From assembly GCA_030248215.1 (NCBI GenBank), contig JASANG010001329.1, positions 1-64,000 on the forward strand: a stretch of DNA of 64,000 nt, given 5' to 3'. A program made the translations under genes and the position numbers. Below the pieces are notes generated by a model. That model was given only the letters and a program-made list of their open reading frames with translations. It was not told the DNA's origin and searched no databases. Below, one piece after another: positions 36,176 through 47,671 of the stretch (positions are counted from its first letter, which is position 1; each line of letters opens with the position of its first letter). This DNA is from Enoplolaimus lenunculus (Eukaryota).

Positions 36176-37622
36176 TTTGTAGTTTGTTTTGAAACTAGGT
36201 TTCTTGTGTGCTTTTTAACATATTTGCTCTGAATAATATCCTTGCAAGCAGAGTAGAATAATGGGTAATTTTCAAGGACCTTTGTTATGTTATGATAATA
36301 TGTTGTTGCCTTCTTTGGTTTATATAATTGCTTTCGTTGATGTAAATGTGGTTTATCCTTTTAATAAAACCCGGGGTGTTCGGCAAACGAGCGCTTCGGA
36401 CTTAAACTTAAACTTTATTAAAATTGTTTTCATTATATGTGAGTGCTTAACAAATTTCAAGCCAACTTTTGGCCTAAAAAAAAATAGGGGGGGACGGTTT
36501 CCACTGGATTAGAAAAAAAAAAAAGACACGCCCTTACAAAAATTATATGGAGGCTTCTTCTGGGCTTCCCCCCCCCCCTGTGGGGGGGAGTACTCTTTAT
36601 ACTACCGCTTGCGGGCGGGACCACAAAAACCACAGAGATTTTCCCTCCTTTTCCGGCGACACACGCCGCCGAGGCCGCGGCGGTTATCGCCCCACCATCA
36701 CTACCAACTAAACCACACACACCCACCCACACACACCACTGGGTGGGGAGATTCTAGAAACCAAACAAGGGAGAGCACAACACAGAACAAGCCGCGCGCG
36801 TCCGCTGTCACACATAAAAACTATTAAGATCACGCACCGCCACCGCGACGAGGCGGCAGCAAAGCAACACCAAAACAACAAAACACCACCACCACCCCAC
36901 CCCCCCCTCCCCCCCTTCTCCCCGCACCAAAACTGAAATTGTAGGGAGCGCAAGAAAGGAGATAAAAAAAAAAAAAAAACAAACACACCACCCAAAACAA
37001 AACACACCGCGCACAACGCGGAGAAAAAAAAAAAACCAAAAAAAGAGCGCGCAACCCGGGCAACACCCCACGAAAAGCAGCGGAAGCCACAGTAGCCCAG
37101 GTGACGGCGACTAAAAACTCGCATAAACGCGAGAGGAATCGAACTTGCGTATGCATAAATCCAACTCAGCGCGATTAGCAAACGCGTGGGACAACGTTGA
37201 ACGCTAGCTTGAAAGCACGGCCGACTACTGGTCAGAGCGTAACGATTCCAGCCTAATGCAACGACTGCTAAATGCATTTGATATGCAATAGCAACATTTG
37301 CAATACCAATAACTTGGCAGTCAAGCTGGCGGTATGTAAGCACAGTTCGTTCTGTTGTTGGGGATTTTGACCTGGAAAAATTGGAATAAATGTCTAAGCG
37401 CAGGCAGGGGTGTAGAAGAGAGTAACAGAGTGGGACTTAATATTGAACATATACACGGGTCGGGTAAAAAATTTCAGTCGCGGGTTTACCCGTACGTTTG
37501 CATTATGCGGGTAAAACTGACAATTTTTATCCACGCCAAACTTCTAAGTGTTAAGGTGCAAAACATACAAAAAACTGCGGCAATGGCCCATTAACGAAAA
37601 ATTTTCAGTTTACTATCCATAA

Positions 37623-37885
37623 CCCCTTCTCACATTGAGTTGCCTGCATGCAACTCAGCGCATTGTATATACGTTAAATAGTATATATTGCACCGTGTTT
37701 AACAATTGCAACACGTATACATAGTACTAAATCACCACAAGACGTGAGAGCCCCCTTGAGCTCGAGCGTCAAGCTCCTATAGCTGAGTGGTGATGGAATA
37801 CGCCTCCCACTCCAGTCAGTGGAGTTCGAATCCTAGCATAAAAGTAGGTCTCAGGGGAAATAGAAAATATTCATGTGAGAAAGGG
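37623..37885. mobile_element. piggyBac-like MITE, second full copy
   Basis: Collinear with 7719-7981, same length, ends GGG-TTAA. Confidence 0.75.
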
Positions 37886-38207
37886 TTAAGAGACCGTAGT
37901 AAAACTTCCACATGGCATAACCTGATATTGTCTTTTACTTTGTTTTGCAGAGTTATATCGGTGGTTTAATACTTCGGTTTGATATGTTGTTTCTGGTAAC
38001 CTTTCAAGTAATAAAATCCATTGGAGCTTTGTTGAAGTGCTAATCACTAGCGGTCTTTAAAATACTGGATTAACTTCAAGCGCGAGTAAAAGGTTGGTTG
38101 CAGTTAGGTCTTTTTAACTCGGGTATTCTTATTTATGTGGGTAAAGCGCGGGTCGGGAACTCCTTACCCTCATCCCACTTTGGTGTAGAAGGTGCAGGCA
38201 ACCTCTA

Positions 38208-38416
38208 CACTGCAAAACATGGTGAGTCACATTGACTCTCTCAGAAATAGGCTCTACGGGTCTACACTAACTGACTCAAATTCGTCTCCGCCAGAGTCAA
38301 ATTCGACTCACTCAGCCGCATGTTTGACTCGGACGGAGTCGAATTTGGCTCAGTTTGCGTTGTCCCGTAGAGCCTATTTCGGAGAGAGTCAATTGTACTC
38401 GCCATTTTTTGCAGTG
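38208..38416. mobile_element. CACTG-terminal palindromic MITE with GAGTCA/TGACTC repeats; relative at about 60235-60396
   Basis: CACTGCAAAACATGGTGAGTCACATTGACTCTCTC ... GAGAGAGTCAATTGTACTCGCCATTTTTTGCAGTG; internal inverted repeat AAATAGGCTCTACGGG/CCCGTAGAGCCTATTT. Confidence 0.75.
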
Positions 38417-39604
38417 TGCCCATCGAATGAGTATGAAAAAGTTATTTTGGTTAATGTGGTATATGTCAGCGTGAGACAACCCGACTAAAAACTGAACCAT
38501 ATAATACTTAATGTCCGTGGCTTGGCTGTGTTCTTATAAACCAGAGTTCTGGTTACGCCCTGGATCGCGCTTTCGTTGTCAGTTCAACATACTACCGAGG
38601 CACAAAATTTTCAAGAGGGGCAGGCAATATTTCAAATGATTTATGTATATCTATAAGGTTGAAACTTTTTTGGCAGCTGAACCCCTGGCCCACTAGTACG
38701 TGCCCGTGTAATAAGCGATACGTTAAACTGACGGCTTCGCTGAGATTATACGTGATTTGTAAATAGTTCGTTTTATTTGAAGATTGGCATATGCATTCGA
38801 TAATTTTGGACTGTTATAGAATGGCATATTGTGCCCAATGGCGAATCTATGTGGGAGGGCCACCCCGGCCGTGGCCTGGCCCGCCCAACAGCATCTCGAC
38901 AAAAATTATATAGAGGGTCAATTGCTGTTCTACGCTATTTATTGTTATTTCAGTGCAGTCTCGGATGATTTGTTGTTTTGTCGTCACTAAGCAGGGTGGC
39001 ACCGAACCAATAATTTCACTAATTCCGAACCTTGATTCTGAAATTGTTTTCATATAGATAAAAGTACATTTATATATTCTATAAAATCAACAGTGGCCAA
39101 TGCCAACAGTACAAGCCGAAAAATATGCAGTTAATAGAAACGTGTGAATTTTGAAATATGGAGAACAAAAATTCATTGAAAATAAATTGAAGTCCATAAC
39201 CACGAATGCTAAAACATTTTCCGAAAAAAGCAGGCAGTTCTAGAACCAGATGTTGCTGAAGCTGACTTTATTTTGCTTTTTCAAAACTGAATGGGCTTTC
39301 GTATCCGAGCCTTTAAATTTGTGCCTGTTTGAAGTCAGATCCGAACTTATGTTGCCACCCTGTTGTTTAGATCTAAATTGCGTTGATGCGGTACTTTTGT
39401 TTGTGATTCATCTCAATTGAACGAACGTAAAGAAGTCAATTTTATGGCAATAGTTCGCGGTGTGTGTGGGTTCAAAATAAGTTTATTACTTGTAAAATTT
39501 TGCCCCCCCCATTTCGAGATCCTAGATCCGCCACTAACTGTGCCTGTGAGTATCATGTGACATATGAATGTGATGTTTAATTTTTGTTTGTCTACCTTGT
39601 AATA

Positions 39605-39937
39605 CTGTAATTACCCGAATAAGAGGGGGGCTGATATTTATTTGGCCGCTCCAAAGGTACCCCTATTATTCGGTCACGGACTGTTATTTATTTTTAACCC
39701 ACGCTCCGCCACCCTTCGTTACTGATATGTATCCGGTACTGCAGTTATCCGTTGAATTAAACGTTATTTGTCTTGTGTCAGTAGCTATTACAATCGGGGT
39801 AATTGACATTATGGACTCTAATTAGGGTTAGAGACTCTATCCGCTTACGGACTCCTGTTAGGGATACCGACGCTTATTGATTGGGCTCACAATGGGGACC
39901 CCCTCTTATTACACCTCTCTTATTTGGGTCACTACAT
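39605..39937. mobile_element. TA-flanked MITE, same family, inverted
   Basis: TA-CTGTAATTACCCGAATAAGAGGGGGG ... CTCTTATTTGGGTCACTACAT-TA. Confidence 0.8.
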
Positions 39938-42900
39938 TAGTCGAACAAAATTTCACGTTTACATTAAATACTTACTTATATGTAAAGCACTGCAATTTTA
40001 CCTGTTCGCCGATTCGTCAATGGAATATTTACGTAGAATATAGTTGTAAGCGCCTTGAAATAGCAAATGACATCCGGATATCATATCGATAAACGATGCG
40101 TTGGCAAGTAGCCAGTTTGAAGTTCGTTTGCGTAAACACCTAAAAATCAACAAAACAAAACCGTAAGTTACACAGAACTCGAAGAATAGGCACAATACTT
40201 CAAGTATTGTAGCGTGGGGATGTCTGAAATTTTTAAACGATAACCTCTTTTAAAGTTTATAGTACTTTTGTGCCTATGCTATTGTTATGCCCCTGTTATA
40301 TACATTGGCTCCCTTTTTAAAACGAGAAAAATTTTCATGTTTATCCCCCTGTCGTAATGTTGTGTTGTATGTATTTTTTATGTATGATTTTTATCCTAAG
40401 GGTTGTTGTAAAGCGTGTTAGCAGCGCTATGGGTTATGTTTTTGCGCTGCATGTAATATATTTAGCATGTACTGTGCTGACGGTTTTTTATCTGGTTTGT
40501 AGTGTGTTGAGGGCTTTACTATACAGCTTGCAGCGGTATATTAGATCGTAAGCGGGTTTAGAGTGCAGCTTACAACCGGAGTGGTCTTGGATGGTTCTTT
40601 GTAGTTTAAAATTCAGACTATGAGGCTCGCGCCATCTAAAACTATGTAGCACTTCAGAGTAAGCCTTGTAGAAATTTCTCCGCCCTTTTTTTCAGTTTAC
40701 CTTCTGGCTACTACTATTTTATGTTTCAACGCATTGTTTTGCGCTTATACCTTGAAATTGGTAGAGAGACATACTTTTACAATTTAGTTTTGTGATTTCA
40801 TGATGTAAATTTAAGGTTTCCTTACGGATTATGGTTAAGGTAGCGTGGTACTTTTTTACCCGGAATGAATTTTTGTTTTGAAGTACAGGAGGAACCTTGA
40901 AACAACCCTTGGAAGCCAAAACATGGTTTTTAGGTAAATTTTTGAAGTTTATAGTTAAAATTTTGTTTTGAAAGTCTGGGCTTTCGTCAAAATACAGTAT
41001 TTGAGAGTGTTTAGGCAATTTGAAAGATCAATTTTGTTTTTTAAAAAGTACTCTGGTCACAACAATATACTTTGGATTTTTGAGCTATTTTCAAAGTTTT
41101 AATTTTAATCTAAAAACTAAATTTTTATGTCAAAACAGCTTTTTGTTAGATTTTAACAAAATTTTAAGTTAGAAATTTTTAATAATAACTTGTCGTTGCG
41201 ATAAAATTAGCAGTCTTCAAACATTTTTGAAAAATTTAAAAATTTATCGTAAAATTCCTAGAACTCGATTAACCTTTCGATTTAGGAAAATATAAGCGCA
41301 GAACAAGTTGGGTTTGTGGGCTCAGTGTTATACGGGAGCCAGTTGCTGCCCGATGGCTTAGCGAATTTTGTGTTTTGGAGTTTATGATTTTTAGAGTTTT
41401 TCGCTTTTGGGGAGCGATTTGTTATAGTTGCACGCGAAGTGGACGTTTAGAGTCCGATAACTGTACTGTATTATTGAGACAAGAGTATTCGGAGCCCGTT
41501 GTGTACCGTAATTTGTGAGCCTAGAGTTTCTCAGTAGTTTTTGTGTGAATTGGAACTTTTGTGAAAATTAGTGTGCGAGATTTATTGCCAAGCCGGCTTT
41601 GGGAATTTTTTGTCACGCCAGAGAGTCTGTTGATTTAATTTTAGGATTGGAGTATCATTGCATACATACGAGAATTTCTTCCGCAAGGAGCTCCTAAGTT
41701 TCAAATAATATTTAACAAGTACGTAGTTGTGTAGTTTACCTGGTTAGACAAGAAGTTTCTTGGTTTATAGGATGTCGATTACAAGTATTTTGGAGTGTCA
41801 ATTAGTGCTATTTTGGGGTTTTAAATGCTCTACTGAGTTACCTAGTGTTCATAGTGTGAACTTTAACAGTGTTTTGTCCTTCAAGGGAGCCGTAATTTTA
41901 TTGTTCTATGTTTGGTTGCTGGATTCTGAAAATGTTATTTTGTGTTGCGTGATCTAAGACATTTTTGGGGCACTGAAACGTTTAAGCATTTGCTTCCACC
42001 ATAGGGCTTGAGTTTCATAAAGTTATTTAGATTTATCTTCTGTTGTATTTTTGTAAGAAGTATTGAGTTTGCGCATGCTTTGGTAACCTTCCAACTTAAT
42101 TAAGGAGTTGTTCTCCAGAGTGCTGAACGAATTGAATTTAATTTTTTAAGTTCGCGGTGTTACAGTATTTTGTAAAGTAACGGTTAAGTATCTCAATCCC
42201 ATTAATTAACCAAATTTGATTTAATACAATACAACATATAAAACACCATAGAAAGCATGCTTTACCAATGTTTAACTCGAACAAATTACCAAACCCACAC
42301 AAAATATTATCATCGCTAATCTTTTTACTTACCGGCAGTGCGAAGTACACCGTCAATAAAGACTATCTTAAAAGTTGTGGAAAAAGCTTAGGACCATTGC
42401 GGTAACCGAACTTAGGACGTCTTGCATCCAAGTCAAGCATGCAAACATTTTAGAGCAAGTAGTCCGTGCAACGCCTTATACCGGTATAGGTATATGTATA
42501 CTGCATAAGCATTGAAATCTTTTTACTTTACATACACTTATCTTGCACATATGCCGACGGCTGTCAAGCACTTAACCGGAATAACGTACAAAATTCAGCT
42601 TTAGTCAGCTAAATCACATCGGTAAAAACAGGTTATATCTGTGAAGTGCAATCACAGCAAAACATATCTCAATCTTACGTTTTTTAATAAATGAAATGGC
42701 GAAAATTTTTAAGAATATTTGACGTAAACAATTTTAAAACAAAACGAAAAACTTTGTTGCAACAGTTATACGCCGCAAATTTTTTTTGCTGGCAACGCTG
42801 ATCGTCGTTCCGGGTTACCTTCTACGACGCATAATGACCAAAATGAAAACATTTGCCAGCGTTGTGACGATAAAGAACGAAACACGAAGCATGAATACAA

Positions 42901-45251
42901 TATTGAAAATGGTATTTGGTGATAATAATTCATTCATTATTCTTTATTTGTAGTTTTAAGCGGTACTAGCTGTGAAAATATTTTCAAATTTTAATTGTTC
43001 AAATTTACCTTTTTGTTTTAAACGAGATAAGAGTTTTGTTTTTTGTCACAATTTCTTAGATATGCTAAATTGATATTATAAATCGAAGAAACTTTTAATC
43101 AGAACGCCCCTTAAACATGGGCCCACAATACAATCACTCAGCGGCGAATTAAGAAATTTCTGATGGTGAGCAGGCAGGCTGGCTAGTGTTATGAACAAAA
43201 TTTTTACTGTATGCTATATATCTGATATTAGCAGCTAAGAATGGTAACGTAGGGACCTTATCATTATATCGCAAAAAAGTTTCCGAGGGGAAAAATTATA
43301 CTTAGCCTTATTATATCACAATAATTTTCTGACAGGAGCATACGCCCCCCCTTCCATCTGCATTCGTCAGTGCAGTCGCTTACAATTTACATCAGGCCTT
43401 CAATAATTTTATATTATAACCTGGTCGGTTATCTTCAAGCCGTGATTTGTTCAAACATATTTAACATCTTAGCGTGAGCAAAGAAATTTGAATAAAGTTT
43501 TATTTAAAAAATTTAACTAAGAGTACCGAGAAAATATCGAAAACAAAAAGATCTCAATTTATATTTGATATTTTAAATCAATCTAAATGTGTAAAATTAA
43601 CTCTGTTTAAAATGTTGTTAAGCGACTGTTTTTGCATCTTGTCAGCTTGCATTCAAATAACCAACCACTAAGTGCCTTATTTAACAAAATTTGAAATTTA
43701 ACAGGGTTTTTAGCGATATAGTAACCCAGTCTAGCACAATCGAATTCCCGACAACCTGCAATAAAGACCTTTTTAGCTAAGTAAGCAAACAAAAGGTTGC
43801 AATAATGTCAAATATAAATGTTTAATCAAACACAATATTCCCTGGCATGCCTGCTGTCGGTCGTTTTATAGAAGAATAATAAGAAACTGGTGACATTTAG
43901 TCAGGCTCGAAATCTCAATCAATCTTTATCATTTCCTGATATATAATATAATATATACCGTTTTCTGCAATGGGGATTCCAGCAGAATTGCGTCTATATA
44001 TTTGCGTGAAGAAAAGTTATATAAAAGAAATGCATGTATAAAAATTGCAAAAATAAAAGATCTACTAAACACAAAAATTGCCTTGAAAGTTCAACACTCT
44101 TATACTTTCTAAAATTTTCAAGACTAAATGTCTGCAATTTTAGATATTAAGCTCAAAAATTCGTTTCTGAAATGTTAAAACGTGAATGTCTTATACTCAA
44201 AAAATTATTGTTGCCTATTTTTCAGATTTTTATATGTGATCGAGTAATAATCGATTTTTCAAGTATATTTTGGGTTAAACTCAAGTTCCACCCAAGCTAA
44301 GTTTACGTCTTGAACGTATGTTGTAAAGTTAGGAAATTGGATTGAGCTTAGTTTCCATTTTTGGAGTCGTCTTACCTGGCCAGTGTTTATTTCTAACACA
44401 TATGGGTAGAAAATAAACAAAGCGACTCTTTATGTTTCAGACACATTTGTCTTTAAGTTTGCGAAACATTTGTGTTAATCGTTTATGGAGCAAAGGCTTA
44501 AATTTAGAAGCAAAATTTTACAAAATACCTAAAATTTCGAAAATAAAACCAAACACTTATGAAAAAAAAATTTCAAACAATATTTCTTAATTATCAGACA
44601 ATTTGCTTTGTGTATACATAAGTGTTGTTCACCGTTTGACTTTCATTTTGTCTATACTGTACTAAACAACGGACTGAAGACGTACAAAATAAGCTTTGAA
44701 GCCATTGTTATAATAGTCAAAACCGTTAAAATTCGCTGGCTATGAGGCCAAATGAAATCAAAACAGCTTATTAACATTTTTTCTTCAGAAATTTTAGGGC
44801 ATTTGGTAATTTAAACGTATTGGCCTACGTATAGATGTAGGTCGGAGCATTTTTCTCGAGAGTTAAGCCTCAGTTTGTAGATTAACTTTTTTTGGCTATG
44901 TTTCGGTTAAGTCTTAGGTATATAATTATTACGCTGATGCATTGGCTTAGGCTTAGGAATGTGCTTATACAATGGCTCTCAGTTATATTGGCAAGTTTCG
45001 AAGTAAAACAATTACAGGTTAATTGATTTAAAGCTTAAGTCTACTTCTCTGACAACTAAAAATAGAAATTATTGCGGTATCTCTTGTGAGCAGATTAGCG
45101 AAAACTGGGGTCTGGAAATACATTTACAATGGTCAGTGTTTATCAGTTATTACGAGCATATATGTACTGTACGGTACAAAATTTTCACAAAATGTGAGTC
45201 CGTTCAGGATCCAACATCATGCTCGTATGATCGAGCGTTGAGGGTAAAATC

Positions 45252-47120
45252 CAGGGTGCAATCGAAATTCGGGTTCCGGTTAGGGCATTTTTAACCTTCC
45301 GGTTCCGTTAAATTTTTACCAATTTGGTCGGTGGAAATTAAGATATTTTACTAAAAATGACGATAAAAATGAAATAGATTTTATTAGTATAGTATGCAAA
45401 GCTTGACAATCGCTCACTAAAAATATACTTAAAATTAAGTAAATCTGTTGCCGAATTTAGTGTCGGTTTTAGTTACTATGGTGCTTGGCAAAGTTTTACT
45501 TACTTTTAAGCAAACACAATTTTCAGCTTTATATTTACTTAATTAATTAGGAAATGACAGCAGTAGTTAGACTTATTTACATTTTTACCAAACATTTACT
45601 GAATATTTAATAAACTTATACTTAAAAAAAGTTGGACAATGTTACTCTGAGGGGCGTCCCGTTTTCCGCGGGACAGCAACAGACCAGCACTCTTGCCCAT
45701 ATATTTGTGCTGGGACTGAGGGACACCTTTGAGCCTATGTTTTTGTAGGGTCGGGCGGGATAGCCAAGACAGCTTCGAGCGTGTGTTCTTGTTGGGTTGG
45801 TCGAGACAGCTTCGAGCCTATTTTCTTCTGGGTCGGCCGGGTCAGTCGGGCCAGCTTCGAGCCTATGTTTTTGCTGGGTGGGGCGGGACAACCGGGACAG
45901 CTTCGAGCGTGTGTTTTCGTTGGGTCGGTCCGGATAGCCGGGACAGCTTCGAGCGTGTGTTTTCGTTGGGTCGGTCGGGACAGCCGGGACAGCTTCGAGC
46001 CTATGGTTTTTGGTGGGGCGTGCGAGACAGCCGGGACAGATTCGGGCGTGTGTTTTCGTTGGGTCGGTCGGGACAGCCGGGACAGATTCGACCCTATGTT
46101 TTTGCTGGGTCGGACGGGACAGCCGGGACAGCTTCGAGCCTATGGTTTTTGCTGGGGCGGGCGGGACAGCCGGGACAGATTCGGGCGTGTGTTTTCGTTG
46201 GATCGGTCGGGACAGCCGGGACAGCTTCGAACATCGGCTTTTGCTGGTTTGGTCGCGACAGCCGAGACAGCTTCGAACCTATGTTTTTGCTGGATCGGGC
46301 GGGACAGCCGGGAAGGCTTCGACTGCTTTGTATTTTTTCAGGATGAGTAAATTGGTCATCCGTGGTCGGAATGCGCTATTTCTGGTATTACAATGTTTAA
46401 GGCTAACCTGTTTGAAAATGTATTTGAAACACAATAACAGTGTTTAATACAATTTCAACGTAATGTAAATTGTCTAGTGTGTGGGAGGTTCTAAGGGCAA
46501 AATCCTTTCGAGAACACAATAAAAGACAACTTCCCGAGATAAAACCATTCATCCAAAGCTACAAAGACAAAGTCAAAAAATTTTGTTCCAACAAGGAATT
46601 GCTTTGCATGAGGGTTTGGGGGTCGACAGCCCCTTGAAAACGCAATAAAAGAAAATCTTTTTGTGTCAGTGTTCTATACATGGGCCCGATCCATGCTGTT
46701 CTGGCTGTCCCGACCGATCCAACAAAAACATTGGTTTGAAGCTGTCCCGACCGACCCAGAACAAACAGGTTTGTAGCTGTCCCGACCAACCCAGCAAAAA
46801 CATTTTACTCCGGGTATATTGCTGTTCCGTGGGTAAATGGGACGCCCCTCAGAGTAACATGGGCCAAAAGTTAGTAAAATATAACTATAGTATTTAAAGT
46901 AGAGTGCCAAAAATAAGATGCGTGGATTATGAAAATTTAAAATACAGCAGGTAAAGTGAATACTTATCTGCAACTAGGGTTATTTCACCAATAATATTGC
47001 AAAAAAGAAAATTAAAATGAATTTTTCGGTGGCATGTATATATTTTTCATTTTCCGGTTCCGTTTATGGTAATTTTTTGAAATGCCGGTTCCGACAAATT
47101 GTAATTCCGTTTGCACCCTG
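45252..47120. mobile_element. CAGGG-type hAT MITE hosting nested insertions
   Basis: CAGGGTGCAATCGAAATT ... AATTCCGTTTGCACCCTG; flanks GGTAAAATC/GGTAAATC; internal sequence similar to 13117-13481. Confidence 0.7.
45634..46865. mobile_element. 1.2-kb non-autonomous Merlin-like element with internal ~40-bp tandem repeats
   Basis: TIR GGACAATGTTACTCTGAGGGGCGTCCC / GGGACGCCCCTCAGAGTAACATGGGCC; TSD-like (A)AAAAGTT on both sides; repeats GGGTCGGTCGGGACAGCCGGGACAGCTTCGAGC.. at 45720-46325 and inverted at 46700-46800. Confidence 0.8.
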
Positions 47121-47671
47121 GGTAAATCACAAATTGAAATTGGGTGTTACAGACGAAATGGAAAATATATAATCATGCGGGAAAGTGTTAGCGGAAAAAT
47201 ATATAATATAGTCGATCGGCGGCGGTTAAAGACTACTGTATAAAAATCGGTGGGCGAAAAACCAACGCAAATCACTGGTTATCGTTGAAAAACAATAGAG
47301 CCGAAAATACTCAGTTAACGAATTTCAGTCCTTTTAAAATTGATATTGAAAGAACCTCTCAAGCGAAGCTAGCGAGAAATTAAACGCATTTTTAAACCAT
47401 GATGTTCGCTTAGTTCTACAAGTGGTTCCTGAAGCCAAAGCACCAGAGTATGTTCAGTGGTTTGTCTGAATATACTGATACTCTAAACGGTTAGTAATAT
47501 TATCTGAAGTTTTATTTCAAACACACAATCATCACTGCAATAAAGCGTTAACTGCATGGCAGCGGTAGAAAACAGAACTGCAAACTTTATCAAGGTGTGA
47601 AATGTGCTTATTATGTTGAAACAAATATTGGCGGAAAATTATGCTAAAAGAGTTAATGTACCTTCCCACGT

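Larger units (their letters stand above)
30786..36369 (+). mobile_element. Apparently full-length, intact L1-clade (Tx1-like) non-LTR retrotransposon; 5' boundary approximate
   Basis: Two long uninterrupted ORFs (590 aa and 1178 aa) separated by 54 nt, a short T-rich 3' UTR and AATAAA at 36363. Confidence 0.93.

Noticed and set aside
36457..37343. Several ORFs up to 211 aa
   Set aside because: They lie in low-complexity, probably erroneous sequence; translations are F/G/V/C runs
40200..42450. T-rich tract with a 99-aa minus ORF, possibly a decayed retroelement
   Set aside because: No RT, endonuclease or terminal motifs could be identified by eye
45729..46447. Three long overlapping ORFs (205, 189 and 145 aa) and a CRISPR-like periodicity
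   Set aside because: Products of a stop-poor 40-bp tandem repeat; no unique spacers, no cas genes, eukaryotic context
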